Below are positions 55,001 through 64,000 of a DNA stretch of 64,000 nucleotides, piece after piece. The DNA lies in contig JAQGDQ010000530.1 in the NCBI GenBank assembly GCA_030141605.1, positions 1 to 64,000 of the forward strand, in the 5' to 3' direction. Within the stretch, counting starts at the first letter, position 1; the number at the start of each line of letters is the position of its first letter. The DNA comes from Tubiluchus corallicola (Eukaryota; Animalia; Priapulida). Below the pieces are notes generated by a model. That model had not been told where the DNA came from, ran no database searches, and was given only the letters and a program-made list of their open reading frames with translations. The translations under genes were made by a program, and so were the position numbers.

Positions 55001-56056
55001 TCTGGAGTGATCCGATTTTTCAGCTCTTCAAGTTTATAAGACAAGTCGGCATTTTCTTCTTTTAACACAGAACAACGCTGACAAAATCCCTAAATATCCA
55101 TAGAAACAATTATCATTTGCAAAATGATTTTCATGTAGCCTATAATTAAATCTCTTATATCTGTAGTGAACAATATACACGTGCACAGTGCACACTAAGC
55201 AGTGAGCATGCTGATGTAGCTTTAAGTGGCTTGCGATATGTAATATTTACATGTGGATTTTTCTTTGCCAGTTGCCAGTTTCACCCAACTGATGAGTTAA
55301 TCAGATTAAGCTATCTAAATTTAAACTGTCCACAGTGTATGTATTTAAAAAAAGCAAGCATGTTAGCCAAACGAGTCACATTTACAAAGTTATGTTCCAC
55401 ATGAACCTATGAGAAAGGCCAGCTAAGCATTCAACGGTCATCCTACTGAAAAGCTGCTTACAGTCGATGACTCTTCAGCTTATTTATGAAAATATTGCAA
55501 CTAAATCCTTAATAATTTAATAGAAAGCTTTAAACCACTGTGGAAAAGAAGTTGCTAATATTTAAGCTACATGTTACTTCTGAACCAGCCAATAATCATG
55601 TCAAACTTGCACCAGACAGCATAAAAATGCAGCATGATGACTATGTTAAGATCAGAAAACAATTTTCTACATATAACAACAATTGAAAAAACAACAATTA
55701 TATAGCCAAAGAATTATTCTTGAAATCATAAAAATTATTGCTAAAAAAGCTTAAACCTAGTAGTTTTCATATATAGTTTGTTTATATTTATATAATTGGT
55801 GCATATAAATAGACACATACATTGTTCAGATTTTGACATTTTTACGTTTCTTCATAAGCGCCCTACAGTGATCAGAAGGGGGTACAAGCTATTTGCATTT
55901 AAGCAAAACTTTACAATTCAGACATTTTTTGAACCGGCCAAAAAAATTAATATTATATATAACAAGTAGGAGGAAAGCAAACTTTGCAAATAAATATAAC
56001 TACGTCTTATCATCACCACCGTCATCACCTTTGTCATCACCATCATCATAAACATC

Positions 56057-56092
<36 letters not shown>

Positions 56093-56148
56093 CCATCACC
56101 ACCATCATCATCATCATCACATTTGTCATCATCATCATCATCATCGTC

Positions 56149-56194
<46 letters not shown>

Positions 56195-59100
56195 ACATCA
56201 TCATCATCGTCATCGTCATCGTCATCATCATCATCATCATCATCATCATAGTCTTGTGTAACAATGAACTGTGATGCGGAGTAAGCAGGTTATTTATATT
56301 AATTATTCGTACCTCAAATTGTTTACTCTTTTGTGAATCTAGTTCAGCTTCAACTTGTTTTCTGTGTTGCATTTCTCTCACATATTTAGCACGATCTGAC
56401 TGAATGGTTGTCATCAGGTTATGAACTTGTCCTAAATAGCAAATAGGAAAATAAAATCAACATAATCATTGCTCCGGGCAAATTACCCGTATAATTAGAC
56501 ATCTGTTTGGCCAAAATTTGTTTTTTTTTTAATTTTACTTTCCCACTTGATAGTTCCATGAACTTTTCGGGCAGGGAAGCAATTGCTAATACATTTGGTC
56601 ACATTGCTGGTTATGGAAGAGACCTTATTTGCTATCTTACTTGTAATTTTGGTGAAAAAACTTTTTATGTCTGAAACTTCACGAACAGTGTGCTCTATAT
56701 GGATAGCCATATGAAGTAAGTACTTTAAGATGTAAATTTATTTAATAGGAAAGCGAATTTTGATTTGTAACTTTTGTTCAAATTTCTGTAAACTTAGATC
56801 ACAGCAAGTTTTATGTGTTTTCCTTTAGAAAATCAAGACTTTTCAGTGAACCTCACATGCAAGGAACCTCATATTTGTGTTTGCCAATCATAGTGAATTA
56901 AATAGTAAATAAGAACCAGGAGTTTCCTTCAAAGTGAAAATTGCAAATTGTGAAGTGTTTTTCAACAGTTGCTATATGCAGTCAAGCAGAATAACTTCCA
57001 ATAAAACCTCTTTCAAAAACGTGTCCAATTTGTCAAATAAAATACAAGAAGAGTTTATAGATTTTAACAACTAGAATGTAAACAGCTCCTCTGCCCTAAA
57101 TACCAATGATGGTCTAATTAGTGCATGAAGTAAATGAAGCTATACAAAAAGCTTTTAATAGAAGATAATCTGCTATTCATTGCAGCTTATGAACATTTTT
57201 ACCAGACGTCTAATGACAAGTGTATTAAAGAGAAAAGTGCCGTTTCAAACAACAACAACAACATCGTACCTTCTAGAATGTTCTTATCCTCATCACGCTG
57301 GTTTCTCATGGATTTCAGTTCCATTTTGACTTGTTCTCTTGCTTCTATCGCAGCTCCAAGTTTACTGCATAGAAAGAAATGTCGCTGAATATTGTTTCAT
57401 GAATCATAAAATAAACTGCCTAGTCTTAGGTTGGGAAAAGGTGTAAAAAGCAATAACACAACACGAAGAAAAGCATAAAAGTTAATACGTGTCAAAAAAC
57501 TACATATACTAATAATATAACTATTTATCTAATAAGGAAAACTGCACATTTCAGAATTGTCAAGAAAAGCTCTCAGCACATCCAGCATACACACTATGCC
57601 AATGTCACCATGGGTGATGATCATATAAGCTTGCTTTTTGATTAGCACACAATTCCAGTTTAACACGTCGCCAGGATGCAACCATAAAAACACAAACGAA
57701 GTTTTCTTAAATGAGATTCACAACAAGAAAATGAATTTAAACAGAAATGTACAAACTCTTTCATGTCGTTTTCAAAAACTTGCTGGTCTCTGATCCTGTT
57801 TTCTACTTCCCAGCGCAAATCCCGAATTTGTTCTTCCTGGGCAGCCCTCTCTACAGCAAGCCGCTACAAAATACATTAAAGTAAAAGTTTCCGCTCATAT
57901 TTACTTTTCAATTTTTAGTTGTAGATACAAACCTAATTAAATTGTAGAATCACAATCTTTTGCTCATTGCCCTGATTATTGATTGCTATGGCTCGTTAAT
58001 ATTACTAAAATTTTAATGTAACCCTTACATCTTATCATTCTCCATTGTTTCATCATCTTTCTCATCACATCGTCACACACGTTACCTTTCACGCTTTCCT
58101 TCCTTTTATCTTGCACCTCCTGCACCCCCGTTACTCCGTATTCCAAGTTTGGCTCAGATCTTACAAGTTCACCTTCTGATCTGAGCTGATAATTATTTGT
58201 GCTGCTCATCATAATTAATCGTTAGGCTATTATTTCTCATGTTGTTTCTATATGTGCATTTTTGTATAAGGCTTAGCTCTTGGAATAAATAAACAGTAAA
58301 CAACAACATGGTTCATGTGGCAAAGCATACAATTCACAATAACAAGTCATTAAACTCCTTCAGGACTGCAACATTCAAAATAGCTCTTATGAGACCTATG
58401 ACTTTTTTTTACTTTATGAGCACACAACATAACTAAATGATTACAAATTCGGTACTGTTCTATTCAGAAGAAATCAGCTATCCAATCATAGCATTTGTTT
58501 AAACATTTATAAGTGATTTAATTGGACAAAATGAAGAAAAACACGCCCTATTCAGGCACTCCAACTTAGCCTATTGAGTAGCTGAGTTTGATGTACACTT
58601 GTATGATTGTACACACTTATTTATTTATCGCCTTCTGATGCTCATTCTCATGCTATTCCAGGAAAAACCAACCGATCAGCCAGGGACAAATTATGGTCAT
58701 TTCAACTGCTTAAGACGTGACAGTGTATGTAACATATACAATTTCCTTTCAAAATTTGCCTCTGATTCTTGCTGCAAATGGCGAGTTAGCTTGGCAGCGA
58801 ATTAGAGGCTAAATTGTTGAAAGTGTAAGAGCCTTAAACCTCAAGCATAAACTATAGCATGAAGTAAGACATTTTTTGAGAGAATGGCCAAAATTTGCCC
58901 TCAGACGTCGATTCCTTGAATGTATATAAGCATAGTCTTGCAATTTGTAGCCTAGATGTTAAAAAAGCTCCTTTCTGATACTGATACTAACAAAGTGCAT
59001 TTTGTTTTGAGTTCAGTTGTCATTAATTGGCATTAGAATAGTAAAACATTGAGATGCAAAACTGTTGAGAATGACTGTATTTTAAAAAACTCAGGAATAA

Positions 59101-62100
59101 GCTACACAATAAGAAAAAATGCTGCAAGATATTTTGTCTTTATTAATGTATGTCTGTATTAATGTGCTAATAGTATTGGCGAGAGAAATCACAGCTTTAA
59201 GTGCAACATAACCCAGGCTAAAGCAGCCATGAACATAAGCAAATATACCCGCAATTCTTCTGGAATCTTTTTCTCATTTATGCCAATCTCGGTAAGGTAA
59301 TGCCTGATCGCATCAAGAAGTGATTGAGTCTCTTTCCTCCGAAACCAGAGACATCGCACTGCCTCCTCCAACTGCGACGGATGAATTCCCTCCTCCTGCT
59401 GAACGTTGTGTAAAATTTGCTGAATCTCTGGAGACAACTGCAAAATAAACAAGTGAAAAAACTTTAGCTTTCACTAAAATTAATAATAATTGTCAGAAAT
59501 GACTAGCATCTTGACACTGTAAAGATATCAGTACTGGTAATCAGTTGTACAAATTCAATAAAAAGCAAAAAAGAAAGGTACAAAACGTAAAATCAGCAAG
59601 TTCATTTATTATGATGCCAGACTGGATAGCAACCAAGTTTAACCAACCAAGGTAGATTATATGAATACTACCAAAGCTGCTACAGAACTTAGGGTAATAA
59701 AATTGAAGACCAAGACCAACTAAGAGACATGGACATTTAGCCTGAATAAGATAAACAGGGAGTGTTTAGCAAAAAGAGATCAACGTCTCTTAATTCTAAA
59801 AGAACTTCTAACAGAGAGAGAGAGAGTTTAACAAGAGAAAAGCGGGACAAACAAGAGAAGTGTCAAAAATCTGGATCAAGGAAAAGGAGAGCGAAACTGA
59901 AGGAAAATCAGGATGTCAAAAATGATGCAGGTTAGGCAAGATATTGTTTCTACAAGAATAACCTTGCCAGCAGGTCTGACCATATCAATCCATCGCTGTC
60001 GAGTGAGCTGATTTTTGCTCTGTGAGAGGGAACCATCACCTCCCAGAAACTGTGACGACTTAGAACTGCTTTTGAGAAGTCTGTCAATATGATCCCGTAA
60101 AGATGAGATACAGTCTTCCTGGATTTTGTTTTTCTCTGTTTCCCGAATGAGTTTACGTAGAGCTTCCTTCTCGGCTGCCTGAAAACCGTCAACATTTAGA
60201 ACGCATAGAAATCGTTCATGAAACATTTTTCAACAAATTTTCACTAATGGCGTGTGAGTAAGATCACGAAACTTATGAAATTCAAAAGGCAATTCCCTGA
60301 AGCAAGCAAACCATTGCAACAGTCAAATACAGAGAAAATCAAGTTACAAATATTGTACAGTATAATGATTTGGCTGAGTGTAAACAACTTTTCTATTACA
60401 CCACCTAATTGCTACAAACAATTGAAAATTATGGGAGAAAGATGTGTAACTAGCTGACAATAAGCCTTTTCACAGCTGCTGCTATTGATCATGTGAAAAG
60501 GTCAAAGGTTAAGTGTACCAGACAATACATTTTTGTACACATGACAGTGCCTCACAGCCTGTGCTGTTGTAACAGTAACAGTTTTAACAGTTAGCTAGAA
60601 CCTTATCTGGTTCATTTTTTCTTGTTCCCAAGCATAGACTCTATGCATAGACTGATCCATAATTAAGTAAAGTCCACGTAAAACAACTGAAGTTACTGAA
60701 CTGGTGCGGCTTTATGTTGCCCACATGTCACTTGACAGTTATAGTTAAGAAGCTTTGTTGTGGTACACATAACCTTTGACCTACCACAACTGTGCATTCG
60801 CACAACAAAACTGCAAAAAGGCATATTATCAGAGCTTTGAAACTTGTGACTCATTATTTGCCATTAAACTGCTACACATAAAGAAAAAATGCTACATAAT
60901 ATTCTGTCTGTGCTGTGATAACACATGCTAACAGCAACGGCGAATGAAATCACATCTTTAAGTACAGCGTAACATAAAAACGACTAATGTGAGTCTACTT
61001 TGAAACTTTGCTAAAATGTTGCACCTGCTACACAATCCGATTTTTCTTTTACCAATGTGTTACCTGGTAACTTGAGTCTTAAAACCAGTAAATATTGTCA
61101 CAGAATAGGAAGAAGCAAGATTCATTAAATATTTTAAATGAAATCTAGTAATATGGGTTGCAAATGTACATTACTTTTACCTACAATAGTTCCTTATATT
61201 GTTTTTTTTTCAAAACTACCATATGCAAACTAACTAGCCATGATAATTTCAAGAAGATTTTCAAGAAGTTCTGCCTCTTCTAATTATAAGAATTGAGGGA
61301 CAAATGACAACTATTGACATCTATAGGACAAAACAGAAACACGACAATTAGCCATTAAGGTTATTGCAATCGCCTACAAAGCTGTCTGCAGCCTGCATAA
61401 ACTGTTAGCCTATACCTAAACTATTCAGAAATCTAAAAGATTATAGCACAACTATCCACTTGGTAACTAAACTGCAATGAGAGCTCAAGATCTGGCTAGC
61501 AAGGATTTGCATTACCTGTAACTTGGCTACTTGGTGCATATACTTAGTTTCTAACCGTGCTGTCCCTTCAGCCATTTCTTTCCGCTCTGAATTAAGCTCC
61601 GCTTCAACTTCCTGAAGTTTTCTTTCCAAGCGAACATTCTGCATTTAAATGGTTGATGTTGCTTAACATGTTATAATCAATGCAACTGACTAGCATATAA
61701 AATTATACAACACTTTACCTAAGAGTGAAAGTAGAAAGTGTATACTACCACCAATGCATTATTGAACGAAACAATCAAAAAGCTAAGAGATTATTTTCTT
61801 ATAGGAAACTACAGAAACTGATAGAAGATAAGATTCATACCAGGACGTGATGGATAAGAATAAAGGCAACAACAAAAACCGTGAAGTACTGGGCTATCCT
61901 TTCAGGTAAGGCATAAAACAGTCTGAAGAAGTCCATATAGGCAAAATCGGATGTATTCTGCACTGGATGAAACATCACAATACAAAGGAAGAGAAACTGA
62001 GACATGGCGACCAAGGTTAAGTCAACAAGATCCAGTTTTAGAGGCAACTAAAACATAAACACATCACTAAAATGCCGTTCAGTTCTGCTAAAAAACTAAT

Positions 62101-63826
62101 TTTATGCTTAAACTAGTTTGCCAAAAAACTAACATTTTCTAATTGAAACTGCTATAAAATTCATGATTTCATTTCAACTTCAACAAATTATTACGTTAAA
62201 CAAATGAGCTTAATAAAAAATTAACGTAACTTGAATTTTCAGGTAAACTATTTTGAAAGCTTCGATTTAGTTACAGAAATTACAAAAATTGGAGGCAAGA
62301 GAAAGAAAGAAAAGAAATCAAAAGAAAAGAAAATGGAACAAATACCATGTATATATTGATTTAAGAAATGACCCCCTATCATTACAAAAGATTATATCAA
62401 AGCATCCTGAACCAAGCAGCATTATATATATGCAGTATAAAGTACATAATGCAGTCATTATTACATACATATATTACATACATACAGCATAATTTATGTG
62501 CTACGTATGATCAGTTTCTTTTTGGTAGAGCTACATGTTATTATCAAATATTAACAGTTTGACCCTCTGCACTGATTAATATAATTGTATTGTTGTTGCT
62601 ACGGTGCCATTTAAGTGATAGTACTTTTTATAGGCTCGGTCACATTCTCTCAAACACGAATAACTTTCGCCAGGCAACTTATTAGCACAGCAAAGAAACC
62701 GAAGTGCAAGGTGGAACAGTCAGTTGTTTGTTGTTCTGTATGTTGATACTGGGAACAATTTTCATACTAGTTATTATAGATGCCCTCTACCACACTGCAA
62801 AAATATATACAGGAAGGAATAACATTAGTTAATTAAAGGAAAATCGGACAATTGATAAGGCTCAATCTCATTTTAATTTACTGTGAAAAATATACATTTT
62901 CTTGCCTATAAAATATAGCAACTGTTTTTAATATTTGAATAATTACATTGGAAAGTTAATTAATGGCAACCGTACACAGCTAACGCTTACGTCACCAACT
63001 AACCACAGTTTGTGCAATTCTTCCCTGCACATCAAATACGTTTGCGTAACCGAAGATTGCCATAAGATGCTGATGTGATGTCACGAAAATGAGTTCTACA
63101 TCACACTGACGACACGAAAGAACACTGCAGTTCATGGCCATGCTTATCACGGCACCGCGTCTATTTTTCACCCATGCAAATGTGCCAAAAAAGCACCACT
63201 GACAGTCCTAGTGGATTTGCTGAGCAGTACGTAGCTTTGAAAGTTTAATAAAATTTAACTGTACGAGGTAATTATTATTTAACCTAACCTTTGATTCAAA
63301 AAAGCTGTTGTAGTTTTCAATATTTTAGATCGTATTTTATTTTGACCTAATATCCACACAAGTCCTTTAAGGAATTGGAAAATGCAAAAAAGAAAACAAG
63401 CAACGTCACGCCTACCAGAAATACATGGTAGATTACATACGTTACCTTAGGAGTAGCTTCTGCAGCTGCCGCTCTTCTCTGGGCATTCTCCAACTGTTGC
63501 TGAAGAAAAAGATTTTGCATTGCTAACGATTTGGTATCGGGAGATTGATTCACATTCTTAGCTGCCGGCGCCTGTAATGATTTTATATCACGGATTTGAT
63601 CTGTCGTGTCTTCAACTGCCGGTCTTTCCAACTTTTCCGAATCAAGAACTGTCACTACGGGTGATTCGCTACATGCTTTGTTACTTGGTTCTACTTTGAC
63701 GGTAATCTTGAAACCTAAGGGCACCTCGGTTTCAGGAGAATTGCTATACGGTGTCAATTCTGTAGGCGTAGCAGGAGTAGGAGGTGGAGGGCTAGGTACA
63801 GGTACTCTGCCAGCAGGCACACATTC
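21286..63826 (-). CDS. large multi-exon coiled-coil protein gene (5' end beyond window), ~1611 aa in 24 exons within the window
   Basis: All exons have GT-AG boundaries with consistent phases, 4836 nt in total, no internal stop: 63826-63446, 62047-61841, 61638-61516, 60178-59981, 59437-59249, 57863-57757, 57364-57270, 56431-56313, 55089-54976, 54332-54183, 53420-53337, 51876-51736, 50896-50746, 49378-49213, 42653-42434, 40632-40468, 39699-39496, 38922-38743, 36807-36713, 33029-32802, 31273-31190, 30367-30253, 26681-26524, 22447-21286. E/K/Q/L-rich heptad sequence; AATAAA on the - strand at 21152-21157. Confidence 0.85.
23293..24462. repeat. 24-bp minisatellite, ~48 copies
   Basis: Unit caatttatcaagggctaggcatga with variants. 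Confidence 0.98.
25716..26491. mobile_element. hAT-like MITE, family B copy 1, with an internal 80-bp tandem array
   Basis: TIR cagtggcggctcg...cgagctgccactg, decayed 8-bp TSD catatagc/catataat; homologous to 40790-41309; ~4 x 80 bp at 25844-26172. Confidence 0.8.
26524..26681 (-). CDS. coiled-coil gene exon (LASIEQALDIERAERR...EEAAQR)
   Basis: aaatag/gtacat, phase 0/2, open. Confidence 0.85.
26710..29441. repeat. 56-bp minisatellite, ~49 copies
   Basis: Unit tctgctttatttgcaacggagactagattatgttgctgtaatcatggttgtggaag. Confidence 0.99.
30253..30367 (-). CDS. coiled-coil gene exon (SEVTLLMQDLKNEIQRQ..)
   Basis: tttcag/gttagt, phase 2/0. Confidence 0.85.
31190..31273 (-). CDS. coiled-coil gene exon (RIQELEAELVKL..)
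   Basis: tttcag/gttagt, phase 2/2. Confidence 0.8.
32802..33029 (-). CDS. coiled-coil gene exon (EQLERERSKLASQAQKL..)
   Basis: ttttag/gtattt, phase 2/2. Confidence 0.87.
33685..35724. repeat. 58-bp minisatellite, ~35 copies
   Basis: Unit aaacacgtgtatgaaaatactcctatactttacttctaagttgtttctacaatctgcg. Confidence 0.99.
36713..36807 (-). CDS. coiled-coil gene exon (TKVENVRKKHKTTKLVLRTALNK..)
   Basis: tttcag/gtttgt; phase 0/2 is required to keep the frame between its neighbours. Confidence 0.75.
37503..38076. repeat. 62-bp minisatellite built from CATCTA subrepeats, ~9 copies
   Basis: Unit atctacatctacttttgcagcatctacgtgtattatcatctaatgtcttctgcatctacatg. Confidence 0.96.
38743..38922 (-). CDS. coiled-coil gene exon (AENLLKLEELQREC..)
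   Basis: tttcag/gtaaaa, 60 codons. Confidence 0.87.
39496..39699 (-). CDS. coiled-coil gene exon (ALAQCSNLDSKV..LEKQQ)
   Basis: tgacag/gtatta, 68 codons. Confidence 0.87.
40032..40097. repeat. (CA)n microsatellite
   Basis: Directly visible. Confidence 0.93.
40468..40632 (-). CDS. coiled-coil gene exon (EKLSQADAARKACERQ..)
   Basis: ttatag/gtatgc, 55 codons. Confidence 0.83.
40790..41309. mobile_element. hAT-like MITE, family B copy 2 (unexpanded, ~520 bp)
   Basis: cagtggcagctc...gagcagccactg; colinear with 25716-26491. Confidence 0.8.
42057..42401. mobile_element. Tc1/mariner (pogo/Tigger-like) MITE
   Basis: 24-bp TIR cagtc(a/g)accctcgttaaaccggac with 1 mismatch, flanked by TA on both sides. 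Confidence 0.9.
42434..42653 (-). CDS. coiled-coil gene exon (KQLSDTTKQLHQK..AKAQLE)
   Basis: ttctag/gtaatc, phase 2/0. Confidence 0.87.
45302..48665 (-). mobile_element. full-length P-element superfamily (THAP9-like) DNA transposon
   Basis: 63-bp TIRs (45302-45364, 48603-48665; 2 mismatches), CA...TG ends, perfect 8-bp TSD ccccgtac (45294-45301, 48666-48673), internal THAP+DDE transposase. Confidence 0.96.
45685..48228 (-). pseudogene. P-element/THAP9-type transposase, ~845 aa, one in-frame TAG (46396-46398)
   Basis: Starts MPNKCGVVKC; THAP C2CH zinc finger (..W..FICEKHW..PPSIF); RNase H-like catalytic residues LLVDE, MTDN, QSDRIE; P-family DxxH motif (YDTVHILKCIRNNW). The 651-aa and 218-aa ORFs are in the same frame. 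Confidence 0.92.
49213..49378 (-). CDS. coiled-coil gene exon (EVHKLKQDVHIQETRV..)
   Basis: ttgcag/gtgagt, phase 1/2. Confidence 0.83.
49850..50661. repeat. 35-bp minisatellite, ~23 copies
   Basis: Unit ttggcaccaatattttaacaagattaattgcttcc. Confidence 0.97.
50746..50896 (-). CDS. coiled-coil gene exon (ERRTMEESARHHAESEL..)
   Basis: ttgcag/gttttt, phase 0/1. Confidence 0.83.
51179..51699. mobile_element. PIF/Harbinger-like MITE
   Basis: TIR gcctgtgtcacacagag / ctctgcgtgacacaggc (16/17 match), flanked by taa / tta. Confidence 0.75.
51736..51876 (-). CDS. coiled-coil gene exon (LESERNLVEKLKLDY..)
   Basis: gaacag/gtgagt, 47 codons. Confidence 0.8.
52746..53087. repeat. dispersed repeat, family C copy 1 (unclassified TE fragment)
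   Basis: Colinear with 62957-63290 from taattaatggcaaccg to gtaattattatttaa..ctaa. Confidence 0.8.
53337..53420 (-). CDS. coiled-coil gene exon (VTLLTKELSLLKEG..)
   Basis: caacag/gtattg, 28 codons. Confidence 0.72.
54183..54332 (-). CDS. coiled-coil gene exon (SPDGQKRKLELMEKQVQE..)
   Basis: ttttag/gtgagt, 50 codons. Confidence 0.87.
54976..55089 (-). CDS. coiled-coil gene exon (GFCQRCSVLKEENADL..)
   Basis: atttag/gtatgt, 38 codons. Confidence 0.83.
56009..56249. repeat. (CAT)n trinucleotide microsatellite
   Basis: Directly visible; intronic. Confidence 0.97.
56313..56431 (-). CDS. coiled-coil gene exon (QVHNLMTTIQSDRAKY..)
   Basis: atttag/gtacga, phase 1/0. Confidence 0.85.
57270..57364 (-). 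CDS. coiled-coil gene exon (KLGAAIEAREQVKMEL..)
   Basis: atgcag/gtacga, phase 2/1. Confidence 0.83.
57757..57863 (-). CDS. coiled-coil gene exon (RLAVERAAQEEQIRDLRWEV..)
   Basis: ttgtag/gtttgt, phase 0/2. Confidence 0.82.
59249..59437 (-). CDS. coiled-coil gene exon (LSPEIQQILHNVQQEEG..)
   Basis: ttgcag/gtatat, 63 codons. Confidence 0.83.
59981..60178 (-). CDS. coiled-coil gene exon (AAEKEALRKLIRETEK..)
   Basis: tttcag acceptor; donor at 59981 or 59963, both phase 0. Confidence 0.78.
61516..61638 (-). CDS. coiled-coil gene exon (NVRLERKLQEVEAEL..)
   Basis: atgcag/gtaatg, 41 codons. Confidence 0.85.
61841..62047 (-). CDS. candidate exon encoding two hydrophobic (transmembrane-like) helices
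   Basis: ttttag/gtatga, 207 nt, phase 0/0; only the host frame is open. Confidence 0.62.
62957..63290. repeat. dispersed repeat, family C copy 2
   Basis: Homologous to 52746-53087. Confidence 0.8.
63446..63826 (-). CDS. coiled-coil gene exon, Pro/Ser/Thr-rich (ECVPAGRVPVPSPPPPTP...AEATPK)
   Basis: tcctag/gtaacg, 127 open codons. Confidence 0.87.
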
Positions 63827-64000
63827 CTAGGAAAAAGTTATGAGGACAGGAAATTATGTTAATGCAGAAAAGACATGCTCCTAAAAGTATAATCGATCTA
63901 GCTGACTCCCCTTTTCTAAACAGCCATTCATTAGTACAAAATGGATGTGGTTATCATAGTACGTTAGTAACTTGTCTTACATGTTAGAAGGAAGTGGTCA

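Noticed and set aside
55984-56414. Poly-Met, poly-Ile and poly-His ORFs
   Set aside because: Read-through of an exon into the intronic (CAT)n repeat
26524-63826. ANKRD26/CCDC144-like identity for the coiled-coil gene (RIQELEAEL, LKDNN, QNLFLQQQLENA)
   Set aside because: Matches are short, generic heptad words and not in the ANKRD26 order; no symbol assigned

Overview
AT-rich, intron-containing eukaryotic DNA, most likely from an invertebrate animal; there is no prokaryotic gene organisation. Two genes lie tail-to-tail. (1) On the + strand (~3.2-19.8 kb) is a divergent TTLL4-like tubulin polyglutamylase (ATP-grasp) gene that appears pseudogenised. The exon carrying the KFDLR...DGLVRFA core is absent, one exon has no splice donor, and there is an in-frame TAA at 18849. 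Its short N-terminus may be a signal anchor. (2) On the - strand (63826 to 21286, 5' end outside the window) is an intact-looking 24-exon reading frame of ~1611 aa. It encodes a long coiled-coil protein with a phase-0/0 exon carrying two hydrophobic helices and a C-terminal tail of 32-aa repeats. One intron holds a complete 3364-bp P-element/THAP-family transposon (63-bp TIRs, perfect 8-bp TSD), whose transposase is interrupted only by a 12-nt GT..AG insertion containing a stop. The introns also carry many unrelated minisatellites (several with 56-62 bp periods) and MITEs of hAT-, Tc1/pogo- and Harbinger-like type. All exon models were read by eye from splice sites, phase and remembered family motifs; no database search was run.
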